Source: Lacunisphaera sp. (lineage in GTDB: Bacteria; Verrucomicrobiota; Verrucomicrobiia; Opitutales; Opitutaceae). Taken from it: a stretch of DNA of 64,000 nucleotides. The stretch covers positions 4,337 to 68,336 of the forward strand of contig DATJES010000038.1 of NCBI GenBank assembly GCA_035496355.1, in the 5' to 3' direction. Every line of letters starts with the position of its first letter. The first letter of the stretch is position 1. Both the position numbers and the translations under genes were made by a program. Of the stretch, positions 37,605-46,678 are shown piece by piece. A model generated the notes under the pieces. It was not told the origin of the DNA, ran no database searches, and worked only from the letters and a program-made list of their open reading frames with translations.

Positions 37605-39467
37605 GTGTTTCCCGTGAAAAGCGTCAGTCACCTCAAATATTTGCTCCTCCTCCTGCTGGGCCTCGGCTTGGTCGCCGGTCCCGCATTGCGGGCTGAGGAC
37701 ACCCCCGCGACTGCGGCGCCCGACAAACCGGCCGCTTCCGCGGAAGCGACGAAAACGCCCGAGGCCAAGCCGGCCGACGCGGCCGTCCCGGCCGAACAGG
37801 TTGCGGCTCCCGCTGAATCAAATCCGCCGCCCCCCGTGGCGCCGGCCGCCGAAGCGAAACCGGCGGAAGCCGCCGCCCCGGCGGCCGAATCAAACCCGCC
37901 GCCCGCGGTCGCGCCGGCGGCGGAATCCAGTGAGACCAAGCCGGCGGCCCCGGCGCGTCATCGCCGCCACGGCGGCCGCTCCGCCAACGAAAAGTTCACC
38001 TTCGGCGGCAACAGCACGCTGGCGGCTGGCGAGTCGGCCGATGCGGTCATCTCGATCCTCGGTTCGTCGACGTCGGCGGGCGAGGTGGGCGACGCCGTGG
38101 TCTCAGTCATGGGCAGCAGCCGGATGACCGGCGGGACTGTCGGCGACTCGGTGGTTTCCGTCCTCGGCGACTCCTATGTGAACGGTCACGTTCGCGGCCA
38201 GGTCGTCGCGGTGCTCGGCAACGTCGAGCTCGGGCCCGATGCCGTCGTTGACGGCGACATCGTGTGCGTTGGCGGCGAGTACAAACACGACCCGAACGCG
38301 GTGCACCACGGCAATGTGCAGAACGTCGCGATCGCCGGCCATCATTTCAATTTCGGCGCCCTGTCGGCCTGGTTCGAGAAATGCGTGCTCTATGCGCGGC
38401 CGCTCGCCTTCGATGCGCGCCTGTGGTGGGCGTGGACCATCGCCCTGGCCTTCCTCGGTTTCTACACCTTGGTCGCGCTGATGGCGCCGACGGGCGTGAA
38501 CAAGTGCGTGGAAACGCTCGAGCAGCGGCCGGGATCCTCGCTGCTGTCGGCCCTCCTGACGCTGTTGCTCACGCCGGTCGCCTTCATCCTGCTCTCGCTC
38601 ACGCTCGTCATTGCGATCGGGGTCGTGCTGATCCCGGCGTTGTCGCTCGGGCTGTTCTGTGCCGCGCTTTTCGGCAAGGTGGTCATGCTCGCTTGGCTCG
38701 GTCGCCGCATCACGAAGCTCGCGGGCGAAGGCGTCTGGTCGCACCCGGTGTTCGGCGTGTTGATCGGCGGCGTGATCGTCCTGTTGCTCTACACCGTTCC
38801 GATCGCCGGTTTCGTGGTCTACAAGCTGCTCGGCATCCTGGGGCTCGGGGTCGTGGTCTACACGCTGATTCGCGTGAGCCAGGCCAGTCGTCCGCCGAAG
38901 CCCGCGACGGTGCCCGGCGCGATGCCGATGGCCGCGGCTGCCCCGCTGGCCACGCCGGTGGTCCCCGCCGCCCCCGGCGCCCCCGAAGCGGTGCCGCCGG
39001 TGATGCCGGGAGAATCGGCTCCGGCCGTGGCGCCCCTGGCCGCGTTGCCGCCGGTCATCTCGGCCGTGACGCTGCCGCGCGCCGGGTTCTGGATCCGTGT
39101 CGGCGCCGCCTTCCTCGATTTCATCATGGTTTTCGTGGGTGGCGTGATACTCCTGAAGGGCATCCTGCATCTCGGCCTCGGCCCGGGTATCATCTTCCTC
39201 GCCTGGATCGTCTACCACCCGGTCATGTGGAAGCTAAAGGGCACGACGATCGGCGGCATCATCTGCAACCTGAAGGTCGTGCGGGTCGATGACCGGCCGA
39301 TCGATTGGGGCGTGGCCATCGTGCGCGCCTTCACGGCCTTCATGTCCTTCATCGCCTGCGGCCTTGGCTTCATCTGGGTGGCCTTCGACGACGAGAAGCA
39401 ATCCTGGCACGACAAGGTTGCCGGCACGACGATCGTACGGGTGCCGAAGGGCACGCCACTGCTTTGA
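37605..39467 (+). CDS. membrane protein: Pro/Ala-rich region, bactofilin-like beta-helix repeats, multi-TM region, C-terminal RDD domain
   Basis: GTG start at 37605 or 37614, directly after the previous stop. Repeats GDAVVSVMGSS / GDSVVSVLGDS / GQVVAVLGNV. C-terminal AGFWIRVGAAFLDFIMV ... WHDKVAGTTIVR is RDD-like. Confidence 0.7.
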   Translation: MFPVKSVSHLKYLLLLLLGLGLVAGPALRAEDTPATAAPDKPAASAEATKTPEAKPADAAVPAEQVAAPAESNPPPPVAPAAEAKPAEAAAPAAESNPPPAVAPAAESSETKPAAPARHRRHGGRSANEKFTFGGNSTLAAGESADAVISILGSSTSAGEVGDAVVSVMGSSRMTGGTVGDSVVSVLGDSYVNGHVRGQVVAVLGNVELGPDAVVDGDIVCVGGEYKHDPNAVHHGNVQNVAIAGHHFNFGALSAWFEKCVLYARPLAFDARLWWAWTIALAFLGFYTLVALMAPTGVNKCVETLEQRPGSSLLSALLTLLLTPVAFILLSLTLVIAIGVVLIPALSLGLFCAALFGKVVMLAWLGRRITKLAGEGVWSHPVFGVLIGGVIVLLLYTVPIAGFVVYKLLGILGLGVVVYTLIRVSQASRPPKPATVPGAMPMAAAAPLATPVVPAAPGAPEAVPPVMPGESAPAVAPLAALPPVISAVTLPRAGFWIRVGAAFLDFIMVFVGGVILLKGILHLGLGPGIIFLAWIVYHPVMWKLKGTTIGGIICNLKVVRVDDRPIDWGVAIVRAFTAFMSFIACGLGFIWVAFDDEKQSWHDKVAGTTIVRVPKGTPLL

Positions 39468-39471
39468 CGGC

Positions 39472-39513
39472 GTCACCGGGACCGGCTGCGGCCCGGTGAC
39501 AGCCTTTTCGTTT
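39472..39513 (+). terminator. probable rho-independent terminator
   Basis: GTCACCGGG-(11 nt)-CCCGGTGAC followed by AGCCTTTTCGTTT, 5 nt after the stop. Confidence 0.5.
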
Positions 39514-39551
39514 GCGGTCGGGCGGGGCTCGGCCCTAGGGAATTGTCGCCT

Positions 39552-40037
39552 ATGGCAAAGCCACTGGTCGGAATAATCATGGGCAGCTCCTCGGATTGGG
39601 AGACGATGCGGCATGCCGCCGCGACGTTGGAGCAGCTCGGCGTGCCGTACGAGAAACGCGTGGTCAGCGCGCACCGCACGCCGCGGCTGATGGTGAGCTA
39701 CGCGGAGGCGGCGGAAAAGAGGGGCTTGCAGATGATCATTGCGGGGGCGGGCGGGGCGGCGCACCTGCCGGGAATGGTGGCCTCACTCACCACGCTGCCG
39801 GTGCTCGGCGTGCCCGTGGAGTCGCGGTCCTTGAAAGGCCTGGATTCGCTGCTGTCCATCGCGCAGATGCCCGGCGGGGTGCCGGTGGCGACGTTTGCCA
39901 TCGGGCGGGCCGGGGCGGTGAACGCCGCGCTGTTCGCGGCGGCGGTGCTGGCCCAGGGCGGGGGGAAGACGCGCGCGGCATGGAAGAAATTCCGCGCGCG
40001 CCAGACCCGCAAGGTCCTGCAAGCAAAGCTTCCGTGA
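39552..40037 (+). CDS. purE: N5-carboxyaminoimidazole ribonucleotide mutase
   Basis: [36 protein letters not shown] and PVLGVPV signatures. Start at ATG 39552. Confidence 0.95.
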   Translation: MAKPLVGIIMGSSSDWETMRHAAATLEQLGVPYEKRVVSAHRTPRLMVSYAEAAEKRGLQMIIAGAGGAAHLPGMVASLTTLPVLGVPVESRSLKGLDSLLSIAQMPGGVPVATFAIGRAGAVNAALFAAAVLAQGGGKTRAAWKKFRARQTRKVLQAKLP

Positions 40038-41200
40038 GCCAAGGCGATGTGATCCTCCCCGGCGGCACCATCGGCGTCCTCGGCGGCGGACAGCTGGGTC
40101 GGATGCTGGCGCAGGCTGCCGGCCGACTGGGTTACCGGGTGCATGTATTCGAGCCGAGCGGGCCGTGTCCCGCGGGCGAGATGGCCCGCAAGGAGATCAA
40201 CGCGCCCTACGAGGACGTGGCGTCGCTGGCAGCGTTCGCGCGGGAATGCGACGTGGTAACGTATGAATTTGAAAACGTGCCGGCGGCACCGTTGCGTGAG
40301 ATTGAAGGGCTGACCCGCCTGCACCCGCACTGGAAGGTGCTCGAGACCTGCCAGAATCGCTCGCGCGAGAAGAACTGGCTGCGGACCCGCGGATTTCCGC
40401 GGGCTCAATTCGCCGAGGTCCCGGCCGGCGGCGACGTGGCCGCGGGCATTCGCCAAGTCGGCCTGCCGTGCGTCGTAAAGACCGCCGACTTCGGCTACGA
40501 CGGCAAGGGTCAGGTCAAGGTGCGCGAGGAACAGGAGATCCTGGCCGCGGCCCGGGCCTTTGCCAACCGGGCCTGCGTGATCGAGCAATGGATCGATTTC
40601 GCGGGCGAGATTTCGGCGGTGGTGGCCCGCGCCGCGTCCGGGGCCGTGCGAGTTTTTCCGGTCACGGAGAACATCCACACGAACCACATCCTGGATTTCT
40701 CCATCGTGCCGGCGCGGGTGCGACCGGCGGTGGCGGACGCGGCGGAAGACCTGGCGCGGGGTATCGCGGAGGCGATCGGACTGGTGGGCGTGATGGGCGT
40801 GGAGATGTTCGTGACCAGGGACGAAAAGGTGCTGGTGAATGAGCTGGCGCCGCGGACCCACAACAGCGGTCACTGGACGCTCGACGCATGCATGACATCG
40901 CAGTTTGAACAGCAGGTGCGCGCCATCTGCGGACTACCGCTCGGCGACGTGACTCTCACTTCGCCGGCGGTGATGGTGAACATCCTCGGCGATGCCTGGG
41001 GACTGCGGGCGGGCTCGAGCCGCGCGCCGGTGGAACCCGATTGGGCCGGGCTGCTCGGCCACGCCAGCACGAGGCTCCATCTCTATGGAAAGCGCGAACC
41101 GCGCCCTGGCCGGAAAATGGGCCATTTCACGGTCATGGCGGGCAGCGCTGACGAGGCGTTAAAACTGGCGCAGGCCGCCAAGGCGCGTTTGTCGCGATAG
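40034..41200 (+). CDS. purK: N5-carboxyaminoimidazole ribonucleotide synthase
   Basis: GTG 40034 overlaps the purE stop (GTGA). [14 protein letters not shown], an ATP-grasp core ([14 protein letters not shown]) and C-terminal [16 protein letters not shown]. Confidence 0.9.
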   Translation: MSQGDVILPGGTIGVLGGGQLGRMLAQAAGRLGYRVHVFEPSGPCPAGEMARKEINAPYEDVASLAAFARECDVVTYEFENVPAAPLREIEGLTRLHPHWKVLETCQNRSREKNWLRTRGFPRAQFAEVPAGGDVAAGIRQVGLPCVVKTADFGYDGKGQVKVREEQEILAAARAFANRACVIEQWIDFAGEISAVVARAASGAVRVFPVTENIHTNHILDFSIVPARVRPAVADAAEDLARGIAEAIGLVGVMGVEMFVTRDEKVLVNELAPRTHNSGHWTLDACMTSQFEQQVRAICGLPLGDVTLTSPAVMVNILGDAWGLRAGSSRAPVEPDWAGLLGHASTRLHLYGKREPRPGRKMGHFTVMAGSADEALKLAQAAKARLSR

Positions 41201-41239
41201 GGTCCGGCCCGGGCGGACTGCGGCTTCGGTCTCCGGTCA

Positions 41240-42580
41240 TCAGTGCGCGGGCTGGATCACGCCGCGGCATTCGCCGAACCCGATCCGCCGAAAGCCGGGG
41301 CGCTCGGCATAGCCGCGCAGGATGATTTCGTCGCCATCTTCGAGGAAGCCGCGCGTTTCGCCGTTGGCCAGGCGGAGTGATTTGGTCCCGCGTTGCGTAA
41401 GCTCGAGGAGGCAGCCACATGATTCGGCGGTCGGACCGGAGATGGTCCCGCTGCCCAAAAGGTCTCCCGGAGAAAGATTGCAGCCATTGCTGGTGTGATG
41501 GGTCACCAGCTGCGCCAGGGTCCAATACACTTCCCGGAAGCGCCCGGTGGAAAGGAGCACGGGCGACGCGCCTGAAGCACGCGAGCGCTGGGTGGATACC
41601 CAGGCTTCCACGATGATATCCAGGCCGCCTGCCGCCTCATTGTCGGGACTCGACAAATAAGGCAGGGGGCGGGGCTCGCCGTTCGGACGCGGCGCGGCGG
41701 GCACGCGGAAAGGTGCCAGGGCTTCCATCGTCACCACCCAGGGAGAGATGGAGGTGGCGAAGCTCTTCGAGAGGAACGGGCCGAGCGGCTGGTATTCCCA
41801 TGACTGGATGTCGCGAGCCGACCAGTCGTTGAGCAGGACGAGGCCGAAAAGGTGATGCTCCGCCTTGGCCAGGGAAATCGGCGTCGCGAGCGAACTGCCC
41901 GGGCCGATGAACGCACCCAGTTCGAGTTCATAATCCAGCTCGGTGCTGGGGCCGAAGGAGGGTATTGCCGCCGCGGCTGTTTTCGTTTGCCCGGACGGAC
42001 GGCGCACCGCGGTTCCACTGACGACGATCGACGATGCCCGCCCATGGTAGCCTATTGGCACCCAGGCATAATTGGGCAGCAGCGGCCGTTCGGGCCGGAA
42101 CATGGCCCCAACGCGAGCGGCATGGTGGCGTGAGGCATAGAAGTCCGTGTAGCCGCCAATTCGGGTTGGAACCATCATCTCTGCGGCGGCGGCAGGCAGG
42201 AGGCATTCGGCTACCGTGGCGCGAAGCGGCCCGGCGGGACAGGTTGCCTCGTCCAAGAGATCGCAAAGGGCGCGGCGCAGGGCCGAGATGGCTTCCGGTC
42301 CCAAAGCCATCAACGCCGAGAGGTCTTTTGCCTGGCACGCCGCCCTCACCTCAGCCGCCGCTTCGGAGGCGAGGGCAAACTTCGCCAGGTTCTTTGCCGT
42401 GATGGCCCGTACGTCGAGGATCGATGATCCGATTGCCACGCCAAGGGCCGGTGCGGCTCCGGTGCCCGTGCGGCGAAAAAGTCCCAGCGGCAGGTTCTGG
42501 AGCGGGAAGTCGGTCCCCGGCTCGTTGGCAGACTCTATCCAGCTGCGCCTGGTGGCATCGTGGGTCGGATTGAGTGTCAT
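41240..42580 (-). CDS. fahA: fumarylacetoacetase
   Basis: SWIESANEPGTDFPLQNLPLGLF N-terminus and FGLVLLNDWSARDIQSWEYQPLGPFLSKSF core. The start is ATG 42580, 42592 or 42607. Confidence 0.85.
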   Translation of the reverse strand: MTLNPTHDATRRSWIESANEPGTDFPLQNLPLGLFRRTGTGAAPALGVAIGSSILDVRAITAKNLAKFALASEAAAEVRAACQAKDLSALMALGPEAISALRRALCDLLDEATCPAGPLRATVAECLLPAAAAEMMVPTRIGGYTDFYASRHHAARVGAMFRPERPLLPNYAWVPIGYHGRASSIVVSGTAVRRPSGQTKTAAAAIPSFGPSTELDYELELGAFIGPGSSLATPISLAKAEHHLFGLVLLNDWSARDIQSWEYQPLGPFLSKSFATSISPWVVTMEALAPFRVPAAPRPNGEPRPLPYLSSPDNEAAGGLDIIVEAWVSTQRSRASGASPVLLSTGRFREVYWTLAQLVTHHTSNGCNLSPGDLLGSGTISGPTAESCGCLLELTQRGTKSLRLANGETRGFLEDGDEIILRGYAERPGFRRIGFGECRGVIQPAH

Positions 42581-42827
42581 ATTCGGGGTCATAAGCACCG
42601 GCGCCAACAGTCCCAGACGGCGCTGCGAGGATCACTGCGCGAGCTGGATTTAAACACGAGTATTTCTTTCGGATTCGATTGAAAGGCGCGGGACTTCCGT
42701 AAGTGAGAGTCATCGCATTCCCGGGCGATTTCCGGGGCGTTAGCTACATAACTTATTGGTCAATAGATAAAAACTAATGGGGGTCCTGAAGACTCTCGGC
42801 CGGAGATAATTATTGAATCCCGGCGTG

Positions 42828-42861
42828 GAAAATGCACCATCCGTCGCAAGAAAATAGCCGT
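42828..42861 (+). promoter_or_regulatory. candidate operator: GAAAATGC (22-nt start-to-start spacing) GAAAATAGCCGT upstream of TBDR1
   Basis: The 12-mer GAAAATAGCCGT (42850-42861) recurs exactly at 49043-49054 upstream of TBDR2. A half-site-like GAAAATGC lies 22 nt upstream. The region is AT-richer than its surroundings. Confidence 0.3.
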
Positions 42862-42880
42862 TTGAGGCGTTTTTCTGCTA

Positions 42881-42921
42881 ACACACACAACCTAAGAACT
42901 ATGAACAATAGCTCCGTAAGT
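42881..42921 (+). promoter_or_regulatory. CA-rich leader plus a conserved 31-nt translation-start block (copy 1)
   Basis: CCTAAGAACTATGAACAATAGCTCCGTAAGT (42891-42921) is identical to 49179-49209. It is preceded by ACACACACAA. There is no GGAGG-type SD. Confidence 0.5.
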
Positions 42922-45681
42922 TATCTACGGAAGCCCTTGGCGTTGCTTTGCGCCGGGCTTTCGTTGTTCGCGGCCCAAGCCGCTTTTGCCCAGACGACCA
43001 GTCAGTCGTCGACTACTGACGAAACGATGAAGCTGGATAAGTTTGTGGTCACGGGCTCCTACATCCCGGCTGCTCTGGACGAGGCCAAGGCCCTTCCCGT
43101 CCAGGTGCTCGATGCCCAGGCGATCCAGCTTTCCGGCGTCAACACCAACGTCCTCGACGTCCTGAAAAAGACGGTGCCCCAGATTCAGGGCGCCAACAAC
43201 ATCGGCATTGAAAACGCCAACATCGCTGGCGGTGCGAACAACGGTGGTTCGCAGGTTTCGCTGCGCAACATCGACACGCTGGTGCTGATCAACGGCCGGC
43301 GCGTGGCGGCCTCGGCCGTCGCGGCGGGTGGTGAATCCGGCACAGGCGGCGAGTTCGTCGACCTGAACATGGTTCCGATCTCGGCCGTCGAGCGCATCGA
43401 AGTTCTGACCGACGGTGCGTCCGCCATCTACGGTACCGATGCGGTCTCGGGCGTGATCAACATCATCCTGAAGAAGGATTACACCGGCGCGGAGATGAGC
43501 TTCCACTACACGATGGCCCCGAATGACACGGGTGGCTATTGGCGCCAGCGGTCGGTTTCCGCCCAGGCTGGAGCCGGCGACGAGAAGACGCACCTCATGA
43601 TGTCGTTCGAATGGTCGCAGAATGCCCCGCTCTGGGAGCGTGACGTCTCCTACGACAATCCCTCCTACGGCACCTCCTCCTATCCCGGTATCATCAGCAA
43701 GGGCAGCGCCTTCTACACGCTGAAGACCGGCCTGAACAAGCCCTCGAACACGACCCCGGATTCGGTCGCCAACCTCGTGGCGGCCGGCATTTATACCGGA
43801 CCCTCGGCCGACGTTACGACCGGATTCAACTTGTCCGAAAAGCCCACGATTCTCTCCAACGTCGACAAGCGCATCGCGACGGTTTCGGGCACGCACAAGA
43901 TTACCGACAGCCTCTCGATCAATGCCGACCTGATCTACGCCACGACCGAGACGGAATACCAACTCAACCCGCAACCCGTCACGGCTTCGAGCACGACGCT
44001 GATTGGCTACGGTGTTTCGCCGATTACTGATACCGGTTTCACGATCCGCAACCGCTTCATCGCCGGCCCGAACCGCATCTACAACAACAAGACAAACTTC
44101 TATCGCGGCACGGCTGAACTCGTGGGCAAGGTCAACGAGTACTTCAACTGGAACGCCTGGGTGAATTACAACTATTCGTACCAAGTCGCGCTGGGCAAGA
44201 ACCAGATCCTCAACTCTGCCCTCTTGAGCGCCCTCCAGAACGGGTTGATCGACCTGTTTGCCCGCACGCAGGACCCGACGAATCTGGCGAAGGCGAATAT
44301 CTTCGGCACGTCCGAGGCCATCTACAAGAGCGAGCTGGTCACGTACAATGCGCTGGCCAATGGCAAGGTCTGGGACCTTCCCGCCGGTGAAATCCGCTAT
44401 GCGGCCGGTTTCGAATACCGCCGTGAGGCGCTCAACGCGACCGCTGACTACAACAGCGTGATCCCGCCCGGCGCGACGACCTCGCTCTGGAACAACGGCA
44501 CCTCGCTCAGCCCGTTTGACAATGCGCGCAATGTGAAGAGCGAATTCGCCGAACTGAAGATTCCCGTCACCAGCCCGTCGCAGAACATCCCCGGGCTGCA
44601 CCTGATGAGCCTCGACGGCGCGGTCCGCCACGAGTCTTACAGCGATGGCAATTCGACCACCGTGCCGAAGGTTTCGCTGCGTTACCTGCCGGTCAACGAC
44701 GAGATCGCGCTCCGCGCCACCTACGCCAAGTCGTTCACGGCGCCGACGCTCTACGACCTCTACGGCCCGTCGTCCTCCGGCTTCACGACGCCGCTGGGTG
44801 GCTTGAATTCATACACGAGCTCGGGCTCGGCCACCGGCAACAAGTTCGCGAACCTGCAGGGCTTCCAGCTCAACGGCTTCAACCCGGCGCTCAAGCCGTC
44901 GAACGCCAAGAGCTATACCGCGGGCATCGTTTACTCGCCGAAGGCCGTCAAGGGCCTCGAAGTCTCGGTCGACTACTACAACATCAAGCAGACCGACCTG
45001 ATCGGCTCGCCCGGTGGCACCACGACCATGGTGCAATCGGTTGAGGCGCTCGGACCTGCGTCGCCGTTCGCCCAGTATGTGACCCTCGGCGGGTTCGCCG
45101 GCCAGGGCGGCACGATGGTCACGGCCCCCGGCCAGGCCTCGACCAACATCACCAACCTCTACGTGATCCAAGGCTTGGTTAACATCGCCAGCCAGGAGCA
45201 GCACGGCTTCGACATCAACGTGAAGTACACACTGCCGGTGAAGGAATACGGCCACATCACGATCAATACGGAGTGGGCGCTCCTGCAGAAATTCCTGCTC
45301 AAGAACGGACCGACCGACTCCGGCACCGACTATGCCGGGTTCGACGATTACGGCACCCTGCCGAAGTATCGCTCCTACACGACGTTCGACTGGAACTACC
45401 AAGGTTACGGCGCCACGCTGGGTGTTACGCACCTCGCGGCGGTCGACAACCTCAGTGGTGACCACATCCCGTCGTACACAACCCTGGACATCCAGGGCCG
45501 CTACGACCTCGGCAAGCTGAACCCGATGCTCAAGGGCGCGAGCCTCGGCTTGGGCGTGAACAACTTCACGAACAAGAAGCCGAACCTCGACCGGACGAAC
45601 TATTCCAGCCCGCCGTTTGACGGCAGTGCGTATAGCTTCTTCGGCCGGATCTACTTCATGGATCTGAAGGTGAAGTTCTGA
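42901..45681 (+). CDS. TonB-dependent outer-membrane receptor (TBDR1)
   Basis: Signal peptide ending AAFAQ. Plug domain (KLDKFVVTGS, RIEVLTDGASAIYGTDAVSGVINIILKK). Long beta-barrel ending in F (FMDLKVKF). Confidence 0.9.
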   Translation: MNNSSVSYLRKPLALLCAGLSLFAAQAAFAQTTSQSSTTDETMKLDKFVVTGSYIPAALDEAKALPVQVLDAQAIQLSGVNTNVLDVLKKTVPQIQGANNIGIENANIAGGANNGGSQVSLRNIDTLVLINGRRVAASAVAAGGESGTGGEFVDLNMVPISAVERIEVLTDGASAIYGTDAVSGVINIILKKDYTGAEMSFHYTMAPNDTGGYWRQRSVSAQAGAGDEKTHLMMSFEWSQNAPLWERDVSYDNPSYGTSSYPGIISKGSAFYTLKTGLNKPSNTTPDSVANLVAAGIYTGPSADVTTGFNLSEKPTILSNVDKRIATVSGTHKITDSLSINADLIYATTETEYQLNPQPVTASSTTLIGYGVSPITDTGFTIRNRFIAGPNRIYNNKTNFYRGTAELVGKVNEYFNWNAWVNYNYSYQVALGKNQILNSALLSALQNGLIDLFARTQDPTNLAKANIFGTSEAIYKSELVTYNALANGKVWDLPAGEIRYAAGFEYRREALNATADYNSVIPPGATTSLWNNGTSLSPFDNARNVKSEFAELKIPVTSPSQNIPGLHLMSLDGAVRHESYSDGNSTTVPKVSLRYLPVNDEIALRATYAKSFTAPTLYDLYGPSSSGFTTPLGGLNSYTSSGSATGNKFANLQGFQLNGFNPALKPSNAKSYTAGIVYSPKAVKGLEVSVDYYNIKQTDLIGSPGGTTTMVQSVEALGPASPFAQYVTLGGFAGQGGTMVTAPGQASTNITNLYVIQGLVNIASQEQHGFDINVKYTLPVKEYGHITINTEWALLQKFLLKNGPTDSGTDYAGFDDYGTLPKYRSYTTFDWNYQGYGATLGVTHLAAVDNLSGDHIPSYTTLDIQGRYDLGKLNPMLKGASLGLGVNNFTNKKPNLDRTNYSSPPFDGSAYSFFGRIYFMDLKVKF

Positions 45682-45707
45682 TTCCCCTCCGATCCGTATC
45701 TGTCTTC

Positions 45708-45738
45708 GCGCCCCTCGTTTTCGAGGGGCGCTTTTTTT
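45708..45738 (+). terminator. rho-independent terminator after TBDR1
   Basis: GCGCCCCTCG-TTTT-CGAGGGGCGC followed by TTTTTTT. Confidence 0.9.
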
Positions 45739-45800
45739 GCGCCCACCTCGGGGCCGAGGCGAAAATCGCGTTGCCCGGTCCCATCGGCGGCGGCATTGAG

Positions 45801-46418
45801 ATGGCCATGATACGACAGCTGCTGGTTGGTACGATGCTCTGCGCCACGGCGGTGTTCGGCGGAACGAAGGAAGGTGGATTCAGCGGGTCGATCAACCCTG
45901 CCGATTTTCAGGCAGCCGGGCTCAACCGCCTCACCCCGGCGGAGCGGCAGCGCCTCGACGAGCTCGTGGCGGCATACCGGAACACCGCAGAGGAAAAGGT
46001 CCGGCGCACCGCGGAAGCCGACGTCAAGGCTGCGCAGGCCGAGGCGAAGGCGGCCCAGGCGGCGACCAACGCCGCCAAGGCCGAGGTCCAGGCCGCGAAG
46101 GCGGAAGCGGGCGAAACGAAGAGAGAGAGCCGGGGTTTCTTCGCCAAGGCCAGGGTCGAAGTGGTCCCGGGAACGATGATCGAGTACGCCGTGATCAAAT
46201 CCACGATCCTCGGCAAGTTCGAGGGCTGGGAGGGTCGCAAGGTGTTCCGCCTCGCGAACGGCCAACAATGGCAGGTGATGAATGCCGGCGAAAGCTATTA
46301 CACGCGGCCCACCGAAAACATGGAGGTCGAGATCGCCCCGGCCCGGATGGGCGGGTTCTGGATGAATTTCCCCACGCTGCAAACGCGCGTGCGCGTCCGC
46401 CTGATCTCCGAGAAATAA
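45801..46418 (+). CDS. secreted hypothetical protein (paralog of 56797..57372)
   Basis: Signal MAMIRQLLVGTMLCATAVFG. AGLNRLTPAERQRLDELV motif. Ala/Lys/Glu coiled segment. C-terminal FRLANGQQWQV ... YY ... VEI ... VRVRLI block shared with the paralog. Confidence 0.7.
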   Translation: MAMIRQLLVGTMLCATAVFGGTKEGGFSGSINPADFQAAGLNRLTPAERQRLDELVAAYRNTAEEKVRRTAEADVKAAQAEAKAAQAATNAAKAEVQAAKAEAGETKRESRGFFAKARVEVVPGTMIEYAVIKSTILGKFEGWEGRKVFRLANGQQWQVMNAGESYYTRPTENMEVEIAPARMGGFWMNFPTLQTRVRVRLISEK

Positions 46419-46554
46419 CCGCGCCGAGCGGCCTGCCGCCGCGCGAGCAGGCCGGGGGAGCGGCAGCGCATGTCCCGCGCGTCCGTGCTCCGGGGCAAAT
46501 TGCGCGGCGGCTTCGCCGGCATCCCACCCATGAGTCCTTAGTCCAACGCGAAGA

Positions 46555-46678
46555 CTTTCGCCCTCCGGCGGTTCTCAACCCCCGCATTCAGCTGAAGAAA
46601 CTTTACGGCGTTGACTACCGCCTCGAGTTCCTGCGCGACCCGCGCGGCTTTACCACCGTGGCCTTGGACCGGCCATGA
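46555..46678 (+). pseudogene. remnant of the 3' end of a LytS-type histidine kinase gene
   Basis: Translates to ...NPRIQLKKLYGVDYRLEFLRDPRGFTTVALDRP*, versus the intact kinase end NTRAQLEKLYGVDYRLEFLPDPGGITTVALDLP (48010-48110). DNA similarity is clear. Nothing kinase-like lies upstream in any frame that I can read. Confidence 0.6.

Noticed and set aside
41201-41239. Short GTCCG/CGGAC hairpin between convergent purK and fahA, considered as a bidirectional terminator
   Set aside because: The stem is only 5 bp and has no flanking T/A tracts, which is too weak to call.
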